Source: Candidatus Omnitrophota bacterium
Lineage (GTDB): Bacteria > Omnitrophota > Gorgyraeia > Zapsychrales > JAHFFX01
DNA length: 64,000 nt
Assembly (NCBI GenBank): GCA_023247705.1
Contig: JAHFFY010000001.1
Location: forward strand, 33,358 to 97,357
Direction of reading: 5' to 3'
Part shown: positions 55,935 to 64,000 of the stretch, piece by piece
Numbering within the stretch: position 1 is the stretch's first letter
Layout: every line of letters begins with the position of its first letter
The notes under the pieces: model-generated
Seen by the model: only the letters and a program-made list of their open reading frames with translations
What the model was told of the DNA's origin: nothing
Database searches by the model: none
Translations under genes and position numbers: made by a program

Positions 55935-57330
55935 CGCCTATCACATCCTCATTGTAGATGATGAGCCGCTGATTCGACAGTCATTGTATGAAATCTTGAG
56001 AATTGAGGGCTACAAAGTACATATGGCTCAAAATGGAGAAGAAGCGATAGAATTACTCAAAAAATTTCATATTGATATTATTTTAACGGATATGAAGCTT
56101 CCTAAAATGAGCGGGCTTGATATTCTGACTTTTGTGAAAGAAAACAAGCCTGACATCGAAGTTATATTAATAACGGGTTTTGGAACAATCGAATCTGCTG
56201 TCGATGCCATGCGAAAAGGGGCTGCAGACTATATCACAAAACCAATCAATGATAGTGAAATTAAAATTATTCTTAACCAAATTGTAGAACGCAAACAAAT
56301 TCTTAAAGAAAATTTAAATTTAAAAAAGATTATCGCACAAACTTCCCGAAAATCTTTTTGCAGTATCATTGGATCCAGCCCGAAAATGCAGAAGGTCTAC
56401 CACGTGATTGACTGTGTTGCAAGCACGAATGCGACAGTCCTAATTACAGGGGAAAGTGGAACAGGAAAGGGTTTGGTGGCGAGAGCAATTCATGAAAGTG
56501 ATCAGAATCGATCCGAGAAACCTTTTGTAGAGGTCAGCTGTGGGGCTCTTTCGGAAACATTGCTTGAAAGTGAGTTGTTTGGACATGCCAAAGGATCATT
56601 TACTGGAGCAATTCGAGATAAAGAGGGAAGATTTGAAATCGCGCAGGGTGGAACGATTTTTCTCGATGAGATTGATGCATTTTCGCCTAATTTACAAGCG
56701 AAACTTTTACGCGTATTGCAAGATGGAGTATTTGAACGTGTTGGCGATAACCAAACGCGAAGAACTAATGCTCGAATTATCGTTGCCACCAATCAGGTTT
56801 TAACCGATTTAGTGGAGAAAGAACTTTTTAGAGAAGATCTTTATTACCGAATCAATGTGATTTCGATTCAATTGCCTCCGTTACGAGAACGAAGGGATGA
56901 TATTGATTCTTTAATAACGCATTTCATTCAGATGTATGCCCAAAAAAATAATAAAAAGATTACTAAATTATCAGAAGATGCCCATAAAGTTTTTATAACA
57001 TATGAATGGCCAGGAAATATTCGTGAACTGGAAAATGCCATCGAAGGCGCTGTCATTATGACGAAAGACCATGTCATTAATATTTCAGATGTCCCCAATC
57101 ATACCAAATTTTCAGCTTCAACGTCGTTAAGCACTAATAAATCATCAAGCTCTAAATCTCTTAAGAAAGTGTTAGAACAGCCAGAAAGAGAACTTATTCT
57201 TTCTGTTCTCGATGAATGCAATTGGAATCGCAACAAAGCCGCGGCGAATTTAGGAATAAACAGGACAACCTTATATAACAAAATGAAAAAATTTAAAATT
57301 ATCTTTGACCGGGTCAAAACGCATGAATAA
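55915..57330 (+). CDS. Sigma-54-dependent response regulator (NtrC family; PrsR-like)
   Basis: Receiver domain (phospho-acceptor Asp in ILTDMKLP); AAA+ sigma-54 activation domain with GESGTGKG, ESELFGH and GSFTGA (GAFTGA variant); C-terminal Fis-type HTH. Confidence 0.9.
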   Translation: MKKELYSAYHILIVDDEPLIRQSLYEILRIEGYKVHMAQNGEEAIELLKKFHIDIILTDMKLPKMSGLDILTFVKENKPDIEVILITGFGTIESAVDAMRKGAADYITKPINDSEIKIILNQIVERKQILKENLNLKKIIAQTSRKSFCSIIGSSPKMQKVYHVIDCVASTNATVLITGESGTGKGLVARAIHESDQNRSEKPFVEVSCGALSETLLESELFGHAKGSFTGAIRDKEGRFEIAQGGTIFLDEIDAFSPNLQAKLLRVLQDGVFERVGDNQTRRTNARIIVATNQVLTDLVEKELFREDLYYRINVISIQLPPLRERRDDIDSLITHFIQMYAQKNNKKITKLSEDAHKVFITYEWPGNIRELENAIEGAVIMTKDHVINISDVPNHTKFSASTSLSTNKSSSSKSLKKVLEQPERELILSVLDECNWNRNKAAANLGINRTTLYNKMKKFKIIFDRVKTHE

Positions 57331-58402
57331 TCCGGAATATTTAAGACATGAATTTATGGAGCAATTGATCAATAGAGAAAAATGGGTCGATATTCTGAAG
57401 CATTTTATTGATGTGTTGCAAATCGATATTTTCTTAGTTAGTCTTGATGGAGAAGTGATTATCCCTCCGTGTAAAGATAAATACGGGGGAGAATTATGGA
57501 CAGCGAATTCCGACTTCACATCCACGGGAAAAGAAAAAAATATGAATTTTTTGACAAAATTTGAGAAACACGGAATGTACCTCGAATATAATCATCATTC
57601 CGACCTGCAAAGTTTTGCAATCCCCCTACAGCTCGAAGAAGGAAAAACGCTCGCGTATATGATTGTTGGTCCTGTTGCTTTAAACAAGCGACTTGATTCT
57701 CAAGATTTGAAGAAAATCAAATCAATTACTGAAAAATTATCCGTCAATGCCGAACGTGTTGTCAGTATCTTGCATGAAATTAGAGTTGTGTCGTTTCTTA
57801 CGATGAAATCAATCCTTGATTTATTATTTGAGGTATCAAAATATGTTCTGCAGCTTAGTTCTCAGGGGCAAAAATTTCAGAAATTGACAACGAATAAAGA
57901 AAGCATCGCTCAGCAAGTCAGCGATGCAGCTCAAGATATTTATTCTTCAATATGTCTTGATGAATTACTGGTCACGCTTTTGGATGTTGCGCTCAGTATG
58001 ACAAAGACAGAATGTGGCTCGATTATGGTTTTTGATCAAAATAATCAAGTTTTAACGATTAAAGTATCCCGGGGGTTAAATACGGAAATCGCGAGTTCGA
58101 CTCAGATTAAAATTGGGCAAGGAGTTGCGGGGTATTCAGCCCAGAAGAAATTACCGCTGATTATACGTGGGACCCATGGGGATAATCGGATTAAGAGTTA
58201 TTTAAAAAGACCAGAAATTCAACATGCCCTAGTTGTCCCAATCTTGACCGAAAACAATGTGTTCGGAGTTTTAAATTTACATACAAAACGCAAGAGAAGC
58301 AATATCAATGATGAGAGCCTGGGATTAATTCAAAACCTATCCAAATTAACTTCCGCCGCTATAAGCAGTATTCAGCAAAAGCAAAACTCAGATTTTAATT
58401 AA
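57305..58402 (+). CDS. GAF-domain protein with unknown N-terminal domain
   Basis: C-terminal GAF fold (LDVALSMTKTECGSIMVFD...GQGVAGY...VVPIL). Overlaps the regulator gene's end, so likely co-transcribed. Confidence 0.55.
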   Translation: MTGSKRMNNPEYLRHEFMEQLINREKWVDILKHFIDVLQIDIFLVSLDGEVIIPPCKDKYGGELWTANSDFTSTGKEKNMNFLTKFEKHGMYLEYNHHSDLQSFAIPLQLEEGKTLAYMIVGPVALNKRLDSQDLKKIKSITEKLSVNAERVVSILHEIRVVSFLTMKSILDLLFEVSKYVLQLSSQGQKFQKLTTNKESIAQQVSDAAQDIYSSICLDELLVTLLDVALSMTKTECGSIMVFDQNNQVLTIKVSRGLNTEIASSTQIKIGQGVAGYSAQKKLPLIIRGTHGDNRIKSYLKRPEIQHALVVPILTENNVFGVLNLHTKRKRSNINDESLGLIQNLSKLTSAAISSIQQKQNSDFN

Positions 58403-58553
58403 CCTATAGACGCATTAAAATTGGTATTTGAGGGAATAAATTTTTGTCTATATATATTCTTATAATATATGTTATGTTAACTTTTATGCTTAAAATTAGA
58501 GATTAATGGAGAGATATTCCCATGTTTCGTTCTTGGGATTTTATTTAGGTGGA

Positions 58554-59012
58554 TTAGGATTCAACAACCAGCTTAAATTGAACTTTATCAGGCGCTTTTT
58601 GGACTGGGGTCATTGTCTCGATTGTTTCGGAATCAATTTCGAGTAAAACATAACGATCATCTTCCGGGCTGGAGAAATATTGTCTGAGCATCGGGATGTT
58701 ATTCCAGACGAGTTCTTTCTTTTCAAGATTTTGGCTGATTTTGGCTTTCGCAGTAATCCGACAAAAGCACATTTTTCTGTCAATGTAGCAGAGTTCGATA
58801 TTGGGATTCTTTGTGATATGCTCAATTGTTCGGGAATGCGAAAGAACAGCCAGTAGTAATTGACCGTCATCTGCCAAGTGTGGCATCATGGGTCTTACTT
58901 TCGGCTTATTGTCTTCAACTGTGGCTAAGCACCCATACCCCGCATCCTTAATTAAATCAATAATCCAGTTCTTTTTTAATTCCTGTTTCTCATCCATTAC
59001 AATTCCCTCCAT
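58554..59012 (-). CDS. Pyridoxamine 5'-phosphate oxidase-like FMN-binding split-barrel protein
   Basis: Size and conserved pattern (GYGCLATV...KPKVRPM...) of the PNPOx-like family. Confidence 0.5.
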   Translation of the reverse strand: MEGIVMDEKQELKKNWIIDLIKDAGYGCLATVEDNKPKVRPMMPHLADDGQLLLAVLSHSRTIEHITKNPNIELCYIDRKMCFCRITAKAKISQNLEKKELVWNNIPMLRQYFSSPEDDRYVLLEIDSETIETMTPVQKAPDKVQFKLVVES

Positions 59013-59028
59013 TCTTAATGTCGATCTC

Positions 59029-59829
59029 TTAGTATTGATAATTAAACTTTAATGATCCTTCTAAAGCGTTATTATTTAAGGCAACAATTTCTGCCATAAT
59101 CGCAATGGAAATTTCTTCGGGAGTTTGCGCTCCAATTTTTAGTCCCATCGGCGCGTTAATCTTTTTGATTAATTTTTCAGGGAAATTTTTTTCTCGTAAT
59201 CGTCTTATAAATTTAATTTTTTTTACTTTGCTTGAGATAAAACCAATATAACTTGCTTTTGATCGCAACGCAGCTTGTAGGCAGTTGAAGTCATTTTCGT
59301 ACCCTTGTGTCACGATAATAATATAAAATTCTTTTGTCGGTTTTATTCGTTTTAAAATTTCTACATGTTCTCCAACGTAGATCTCATCAACGTGCGGGAA
59401 ACGCTTTTTGTTGGCAAATTCGGGACGATTATCAATAATAGAGACTTTGTAGTTTAACATTTTTGCAAAAGCAGATAACGGCAAGGCAATGTGCCCAGCC
59501 CCGCAGATAACAAAATGGCGTTTTCCGGCAAACGGTTCAATGAATACTCTGATTTTCCCTCCGCAAATCGAATTGCCGGGTCTTTCATCGAATTTATATG
59601 TCACCGTCGTTGGTTTTTGGGTTTTGATCGCTTTGATGCATTCCAGATGGGCATTGCGCTCATTTCTTCCTCCTCCAATTGATCCACTCATGCTCCCATC
59701 TTCGAACACGATCATTTTAGCTCCGGTTTTCCGCGGGGTTCCTTTGAGGGTAGATTCAATAATGGTTGCAAAAGCGTAGCTTTTACCTTTTTGGGCGGCT
59801 TCAAAAGCTTTTAAAAACAAGTCATCCAT
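59029..59829 (-). CDS. xdhC: XdhC/CoxI-family molybdoenzyme maturation factor
   Basis: N-terminal XdhC_CoxI domain and C-terminal Rossmann-like domain (FVICGAGHIALPLSAFAKMLNYKVSIIDNRPEF). Confidence 0.8.
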   Translation of the reverse strand: MDDLFLKAFEAAQKGKSYAFATIIESTLKGTPRKTGAKMIVFEDGSMSGSIGGGRNERNAHLECIKAIKTQKPTTVTYKFDERPGNSICGGKIRVFIEPFAGKRHFVICGAGHIALPLSAFAKMLNYKVSIIDNRPEFANKKRFPHVDEIYVGEHVEILKRIKPTKEFYIIIVTQGYENDFNCLQAALRSKASYIGFISSKVKKIKFIRRLREKNFPEKLIKKINAPMGLKIGAQTPEEISIAIMAEIVALNNNALEGSLKFNYQY

Positions 59830-59833
59830 TCAA

Positions 59834-60412
59834 TTATCTTTCTAGGACGTAGGCTTTTATGATTTTTTGCTCTTGCTGGGGACGATTGGATGGGCCAACA
59901 GGAGAATTCGAAATCTTCTCAACCACATCAAAACCGTTGGTGATTTCACCAAAAATCGTGTGAATGCCATTCAGCCAAGGGGTTGGAGCAACGGTAATAA
60001 AAAATTGACTCCCGTTAGTGTTCGGACCGGAATTGGCCATGGCCAGAAGTCCTTTGCGATCGAATTTAATCATTGGATTAATTTCATCTTCAAATTTCCC
60101 GCCCCATATACTTTTCCCATAGCGTCCGATTCCAGTGGGATCTCCACCTTGAATCATAAAATTTTTTTTCACACGATAGAATATGGTTCCATCATAATAA
60201 TTTTTATCGACCAGGCCAATCATGTTTTCGCAGGCCTTCGGTGCGATATCAGGAAATAATTTTACTTCAAAAGGACCTTGGTTGGTCTCAAAGATGATGA
60301 GTGGATTTTTCTTCAGCGATGGCTGCAGATTGTTTTCTTGCGCTCGTAACGAATTTCCGATAACACAAACGGAAAAACATATCGCAAGAATCATTAAAGA
60401 TTTCTTTATCAT
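59834..60412 (-). CDS. Cyclophilin-type peptidyl-prolyl cis-trans isomerase, secreted (copy 1)
   Basis: YYDGTIFYRV...MIQGGDP...GKSIWG cyclophilin signature. A start at 60412 (MIKKSLMILAICF signal peptide) avoids overlap with the neighbouring gene; the track start is 60466. Confidence 0.8.
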   Translation of the reverse strand: MIKKSLMILAICFSVCVIGNSLRAQENNLQPSLKKNPLIIFETNQGPFEVKLFPDIAPKACENMIGLVDKNYYDGTIFYRVKKNFMIQGGDPTGIGRYGKSIWGGKFEDEINPMIKFDRKGLLAMANSGPNTNGSQFFITVAPTPWLNGIHTIFGEITNGFDVVEKISNSPVGPSNRPQQEQKIIKAYVLER

Positions 60413-60425
60413 ATCAGATCTCGAC

Positions 60426-60998
60426 TCATTCTTGCTTGATATATGCTCTGATGATCTTTTGATCATCTACTGGACGTTCTTGAGCATCTGTCGGGACTTT
60501 ATTGATTTTGTCAACGACATCATATCCTTTGATCACTTCTCCGAACAAGGTGTATTGCATGTCATTTCGGGGGGCCGGAACGGTTGTAATAAAAAATTGA
60601 CTTGTATTTGTATCAGGTCCTGCATTTGCCATGCCAACAAGCCCTTTTCGATCAAATTTCACGAAAGGATTAACCTCATTTTCGAACGGTTTTCCCCAAA
60701 TGCTCTTGCCTCCTGCTCCCGTTGCCGTTGGATCTCCTGTTTGAATGACCCAGTCTTTGACAACACGATGGAAAATAAGACCATCATAAAATTTTTTTTT
60801 TATTAAGCCGATCAAATTTTCGCAGGCTTTGGGAGCAATGTCCGGAAAAAGTTTAATTTCAATATTCCCTTGGGTTGTTTCAAAAACAACTACGGGGCCT
60901 GAAGCATTTTGCGCCTTCGGTGCGCTACAGGAAGTGAAAGGTAAGACAGCAAAGAAAATGAGTATTAAAAACCGGTTTAACATATCTGGGGAAAACAA
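60426..60998 (-). CDS. Cyclophilin-type peptidyl-prolyl cis-trans isomerase, secreted (copy 2)
   Basis: FYDGLIFHRV...VIQTGDP...GKSIWG; signal peptide. Confidence 0.85.
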   Translation of the reverse strand: MFSPDMLNRFLILIFFAVLPFTSCSAPKAQNASGPVVVFETTQGNIEIKLFPDIAPKACENLIGLIKKKFYDGLIFHRVVKDWVIQTGDPTATGAGGKSIWGKPFENEVNPFVKFDRKGLVGMANAGPDTNTSQFFITTVPAPRNDMQYTLFGEVIKGYDVVDKINKVPTDAQERPVDDQKIIRAYIKQE

Positions 60999-61010
60999 AA
61001 TATTCTAAAA

Positions 61011-61541
61011 TTATGTGGCTGAAATCGCGACATTTCGATCGTTGGTCAAATTTTCTTTAAGCTCTTGATCGGTTTTTGCCTCTCTTAACTTGTCTGTCGA
61101 AGAATTGAGCTCTAATTGAAGTTTATGATTTAAATTCCGTGTTTCCAACAATTGTTTTTCTAAAATAGAATTAACGATTTGTGCCCCTTTGACAACTTCC
61201 ATTTGATGAAATAAGGCCTTCTGGAGTTTTTCAATTTCTAGACTCTTTTCTGATATCAATACTTCGAAACGCTCACATTGATTTTTCAACGTTAAAATAG
61301 TCTGATCTTTCTCATCGCTTGACGGCTTTGAGGATTTGTTTTCCTGAGAGTTTCTATATGTCATCATCCGGAGATCTTCTCTATCTTTAATTTTTAAATT
61401 AATACTTCCCTCTCTTCTGTTATATAAAATTTTGGTGATTTCGATTGGGGCAGGAGTGTTAGCGATCGTTTCCTGGGTTGTTTCTGTATCTTGGAGCGAA
61501 GAAATTTTTTCCACTTTATTGTTTTGTATTTTCTCTTTCAT
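61011..61541 (-). CDS. Coiled-coil protein, hypothetical; probably longer at the N-terminus (TM anchor) via a non-ATG start
   Basis: Heptad-rich sequence. The frame stays open upstream to 61616 and encodes a TM helix (FNLLLFIYLAILLVGGYVICSLL). A strong SD AAGGAGGTGA at 61617-61626 sits about 5 nt from an ATT codon at 61611-61613. Confidence 0.4.
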   Translation of the reverse strand: MKEKIQNNKVEKISSLQDTETTQETIANTPAPIEITKILYNRREGSINLKIKDREDLRMMTYRNSQENKSSKPSSDEKDQTILTLKNQCERFEVLISEKSLEIEKLQKALFHQMEVVKGAQIVNSILEKQLLETRNLNHKLQLELNSSTDKLREAKTDQELKENLTNDRNVAISAT

Positions 61542-61642
61542 CAGAAGAGAACAAATGACATAACCTCCGACAAGGAGGATCGCTAAATAAATAAATAGAA
61601 GTAGGTTGAAAATATCTCACCTCCTTGGAAAAAACTTATTTT

Positions 61643-61670
61643 TTGACGATATCACTCAATGCGCTATAAT
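61643..61670 (+). promoter_or_regulatory. Sigma-70 promoter (TTGACG-N16-TATAAT) placing the start site on the MocA ATG (leaderless)
   Basis: TTGACG at 61643-61648; TATAAT at 61665-61670; ATG at 61677, 7 nt downstream of the -10; no SD. Confidence 0.5.
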
Positions 61671-61676
61671 ATCAGC

Positions 61677-62291
61677 ATGATTTCCTGCATTTTACTCACG
61701 GCCGGCAATAGTTCCCGTTTTGGTTCTCCCAAGGCTTTAGCGCTTTTAAATAATACGACCAATGTTATTACTCGCCTGCAGAATACGCTGCTGGCGACTC
61801 AGGTTCATGAAGTTATTGTTGTTCTTGGCGCTCATTCGGAAAAAATCAAGCCTTCGATTATTCGACATAAAAAGATCAAATCTACCGTTAATCAGGAACA
61901 CCAGTTAGGACAAACATCTTCATTTAAGACTGGCCTTCAAATGGTTTCTAATCGTTCGTTGGGGGTCATGTTGCTTCCCGTTGATTGTCCGTTTATCCAG
62001 GCGCAAACGATTGATCGACTAATACGTGAGTTCATTCAAACCAATCCTCATATCCTCATCCCGACCTATCACAAGAAAAATGGGCATCCACCGATTTTTA
62101 ACGTAAGTTTAGTCCCTGCGCTTCTTCAGATGGACAATTCCATGGGTCTTAATTCCTATCAAAAACAATCCAACATTAATACTTTCTATTTCGAAATCGA
62201 TGATGAATGGATTTTGAAAAGTTTCAATACGTCAATTGATTTCGAAAGACTAAAAAAAGAGTATTCATTGGAACATGCGGCGGAAATTTAG
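61677..62291 (+). CDS. MobA-like NTP transferase; molybdenum cofactor cytidylyltransferase (MocA-like)
   Basis: LLTAGNSSRFGSPKAL (the LAGGxSxRxG motif of MobA/MocA). The genomic context (XdhC, xanthine-dehydrogenase-family large subunit) favours MocA. Confidence 0.7.
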   Translation: MISCILLTAGNSSRFGSPKALALLNNTTNVITRLQNTLLATQVHEVIVVLGAHSEKIKPSIIRHKKIKSTVNQEHQLGQTSSFKTGLQMVSNRSLGVMLLPVDCPFIQAQTIDRLIREFIQTNPHILIPTYHKKNGHPPIFNVSLVPALLQMDNSMGLNSYQKQSNINTFYFEIDDEWILKSFNTSIDFERLKKEYSLEHAAEI

Positions 62292-62333
62292 CCTGCCATA
62301 AACTAAGCGGTTGAAGCAAACAAAAGTAATCAA

Positions 62334-62768
62334 CTATTCGGTCCAATTGTTCTGATCATTTGATTCGTTGCTTAAGAAAACAATCACTTCGGCCGTATAA
62401 TCTTCGCGGATATTCGCATTGGCAAATATTTTAGTTAATTTGTTGTCTGTCCATTTTTTAGTCTCCGAACTGATCGTGATGTTTGTGATCGCATCACCTC
62501 CGATTGAAGCCGCTTCGGTTTTTAGTCTATCAAGGATTTCTTCTTTTTTCTGATTGCGTTCCGCGTTAATCGTCACATATCCAATGGTTTTATGCGGTTG
62601 GTTGACATCTGCGAGATATTGAATTGAATTTTGGGCAGGATAGTAGTCAAACGTTGTTTCTTCGGAAGAGATTTTATAAAAACTGCATCCCAACAAGAAT
62701 GAAAACGAAAAACATAGTATGCCAAATAAAGATTTTTTAGCGTAAACGTTATGCGTTGCTTTTTTCAT
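62334..62768 (-). CDS. Hypothetical lipoprotein
   Basis: Signal peptide with lipobox LLGC; no other motifs. Confidence 0.45.
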   Translation of the reverse strand: MKKATHNVYAKKSLFGILCFSFSFLLGCSFYKISSEETTFDYYPAQNSIQYLADVNQPHKTIGYVTINAERNQKKEEILDRLKTEAASIGGDAITNITISSETKKWTDNKLTKIFANANIREDYTAEVIVFLSNESNDQNNWTE

Positions 62769-64000
62769 AGCCCTGCTTGCTCAGTTCCTCTTTTTCTTTG
62801 ATGGCCTTTAATATTTTATCCGGGGTGATGGGTAATTCTTTCATCCGAACCCCTATAGCGTCCTCAATCGCATTGGCAATCGCCGCAGAGGTGGGAAGTA
62901 ATGAGGCCTCCCCCATCCCCTTGGCTCCAAAAGGGCCCTCCGGGTCATTCGTTTCAATCATAATAGTTTCAATGGGAATTGCGCCAATTGACTTAGGTAA
63001 TCGATAGTTGGCGAAATTGGGATTAACCACCCTTCCATTGCGGAATTTGAGATCTTCATAAAATGTATAGCCGATTCCCATGGCAATCGAACCTTCAATC
63101 TGCCCCTCGACCGATTGAGGATTTATGGCTTTACCGATATCGTGAGCATCCCACATTTTTAGGACTTTTACCTGCCCCGTTTCTTTATTGACCTCTACTT
63201 CGGCAATCTGTGCTTCAAATCCGTAGCTTCCGGAAACATTGCCTTCCGCAGTTCTAAAATCAACTGGTGTTGTTTTGGGATTATAACTTCCTCTTCCGAT
63301 GATTTGACGTCCATAATTAAAGGAATAACAAAGGTCTAAGGCTTTGTCGAACGTCATGATGATCGAGTTGTTGGTTTTGTTTACCACTTGCTCCGCGATA
63401 ATATCTAAATCATCGATATTTAATTTATGCTCTTCAGCGACAACACTGAGGATTTGTTTTTTTGCATCCGTCGCCGCTCGTTTGGTTGCATTTCCAGAGA
63501 TAAACGTCACGCGGCTGGCAAAACTTCCGGTATCAAAAGGTGTGATTTCGGTGTCCCCGGATTTACATCGGATTCGACTATAACTTACTCCTAATTCATG
63601 AGCGGCGATTTGGGAAAGAGCTGTGTTAGATCCTTGTCCGGTATCGGCAGCACCGGTAAAAAGATAAACAGACCCGTCTTCTTCCACCTTTACGATGGAG
63701 CCAGCTGATTCATGCGATTTATACATTTTTGATCCCATGACATCGGCGGCAACGCCAATGCCAATGCCTCGGCATAAATGCTTTTGCTTCCCTCTCTTCT
63801 CTTTCCAGTTGGAAGCGGTGGCGGCTTTTTCGATGCATTCTTTCAGGCCATTGGAAGAAAGATACATTTTGTTGATTGTAACCATATTGGGTTCCGTGAT
63901 ATTTTTTAGCCGAAATTCGATCGGATCCATTCCGATCCCCTGTGCTAATAAATCGATATGGGATTCAACAGAAAATCCGGATTGCACTCCGCCAAAACCG
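62749..64000 (-). CDS. Xanthine dehydrogenase/aldehyde oxidase family molybdopterin-binding large subunit, C-terminal part (the 5' end lies beyond the window)
   Basis: MoCo-binding domain motifs, including the C-terminal catalytic Glu region (FGAKGMGEASLLP). The frame is open to the window edge. Confidence 0.8.
   Translation of the reverse strand, partial: GFGGVQSGFSVESHIDLLAQGIGMDPIEFRLKNITEPNMVTINKMYLSSNGLKECIEKAATASNWKEKRGKQKHLCRGIGIGVAADVMGSKMYKSHESAGSIVKVEEDGSVYLFTGAADTGQGSNTALSQIAAHELGVSYSRIRCKSGDTEITPFDTGSFASRVTFISGNATKRAATDAKKQILSVVAEEHKLNIDDLDIIAEQVVNKTNNSIIMTFDKALDLCYSFNYGRQIIGRGSYNPKTTPVDFRTAEGNVSGSYGFEAQIAEVEVNKETGQVKVLKMWDAHDIGKAINPQSVEGQIEGSIAMGIGYTFYEDLKFRNGRVVNPNFANYRLPKSIGAIPIETIMIETNDPEGPFGAKGMGEASLLPTSAAIANAIEDAIGVRMKELPITPDKILKAIKEKEELSKQGYEKSNA

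Noticed and set aside
58403-58553. Possible convergent terminator between the GAF gene (+) and the PNPOx-like gene (-): TATAGAC...GTCTATA
   Set aside because: The stem arms are 34 nt apart with no flanking U-tract on either strand. This is not convincing as an intrinsic terminator.
60426-60466. Apparent 41-nt overlap between the two cyclophilin genes
   Set aside because: It is resolved by using the internal Met (MIKKSLMILAICF, start 60412), which begins a proper signal peptide. With that start there is no overlap.
1-64000. Search for tRNA/rRNA genes, CRISPR arrays and transposase/integrase genes
   Set aside because: No GTTCGAATC-type T-arm motifs or tRNA-sized GC-rich islands were seen in the non-coding gaps. 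There are no regularly spaced direct repeats and no recombinase or transposase motifs. The only notable repeat is the GC-rich palindrome at 28592-28720.

Overview
This window is a low-GC (~38-40%) bacterial chromosomal segment with dense coding and many overlapping stop/start junctions, indicating long operons. Gene content falls into three blocks.

Left block (1-13.6 kb): beta-oxidation genes (a FadB/FadJ-like multifunctional enzyme and an acyl-CoA dehydrogenase), an RlmD-like rRNA methyltransferase, a 2Fe-2S ferredoxin, a cNMP-binding/patatin (NTE-like) protein, and a heme/siroheme cluster made of an unusual HemC-CobA-HemD triple fusion followed by hemB and hemL.

Centre block (about 15.3-52.7 kb): a roughly 37 kb PEP-CTERM/exosortase-type exopolysaccharide locus. 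It is headed by a perfect sigma-54 promoter that sits divergently from rpoN itself. It encodes Wza-like export and Wzc-like chain-length proteins, an ExeA-like ATPase, a BY-kinase, an epimerase, two deacetylases, two ATP-grasp ligases, a FemAB-like acyltransferase, Wzm/Wzt with a TylF-like methyltransferase, about 15 GT2/GT4 glycosyltransferases (including an 83%-identical tandem GT2 pair separated by a GC-rich palindromic element), an O-antigen-ligase-like protein, an HTTM-DCC fusion membrane protein and a DegT-like enzyme. Its 3' end carries exosortase (EpsH/XrtA-like), EpsI, a priming sugar transferase with an N-terminal PEP-CTERM-like module behind a second perfect sigma-54 promoter, and two PEP-CTERM substrate genes, one of which is also a lipoprotein.

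Right block (52.8-64 kb): a PrsT/PrsK/PrsR-like regulatory module (membrane protein, TPR protein, GAF histidine kinase, sigma-54 NtrC-type regulator, GAF protein), then XdhC, two tandem cyclophilins, a MocA-like cytidylyltransferase that is probably leaderless, and the 3' part of a xanthine-dehydrogenase-family large subunit.

I found no rRNA, tRNA, CRISPR array or transposase. All calls rest on motif and architecture recognition by eye, not on database searches.
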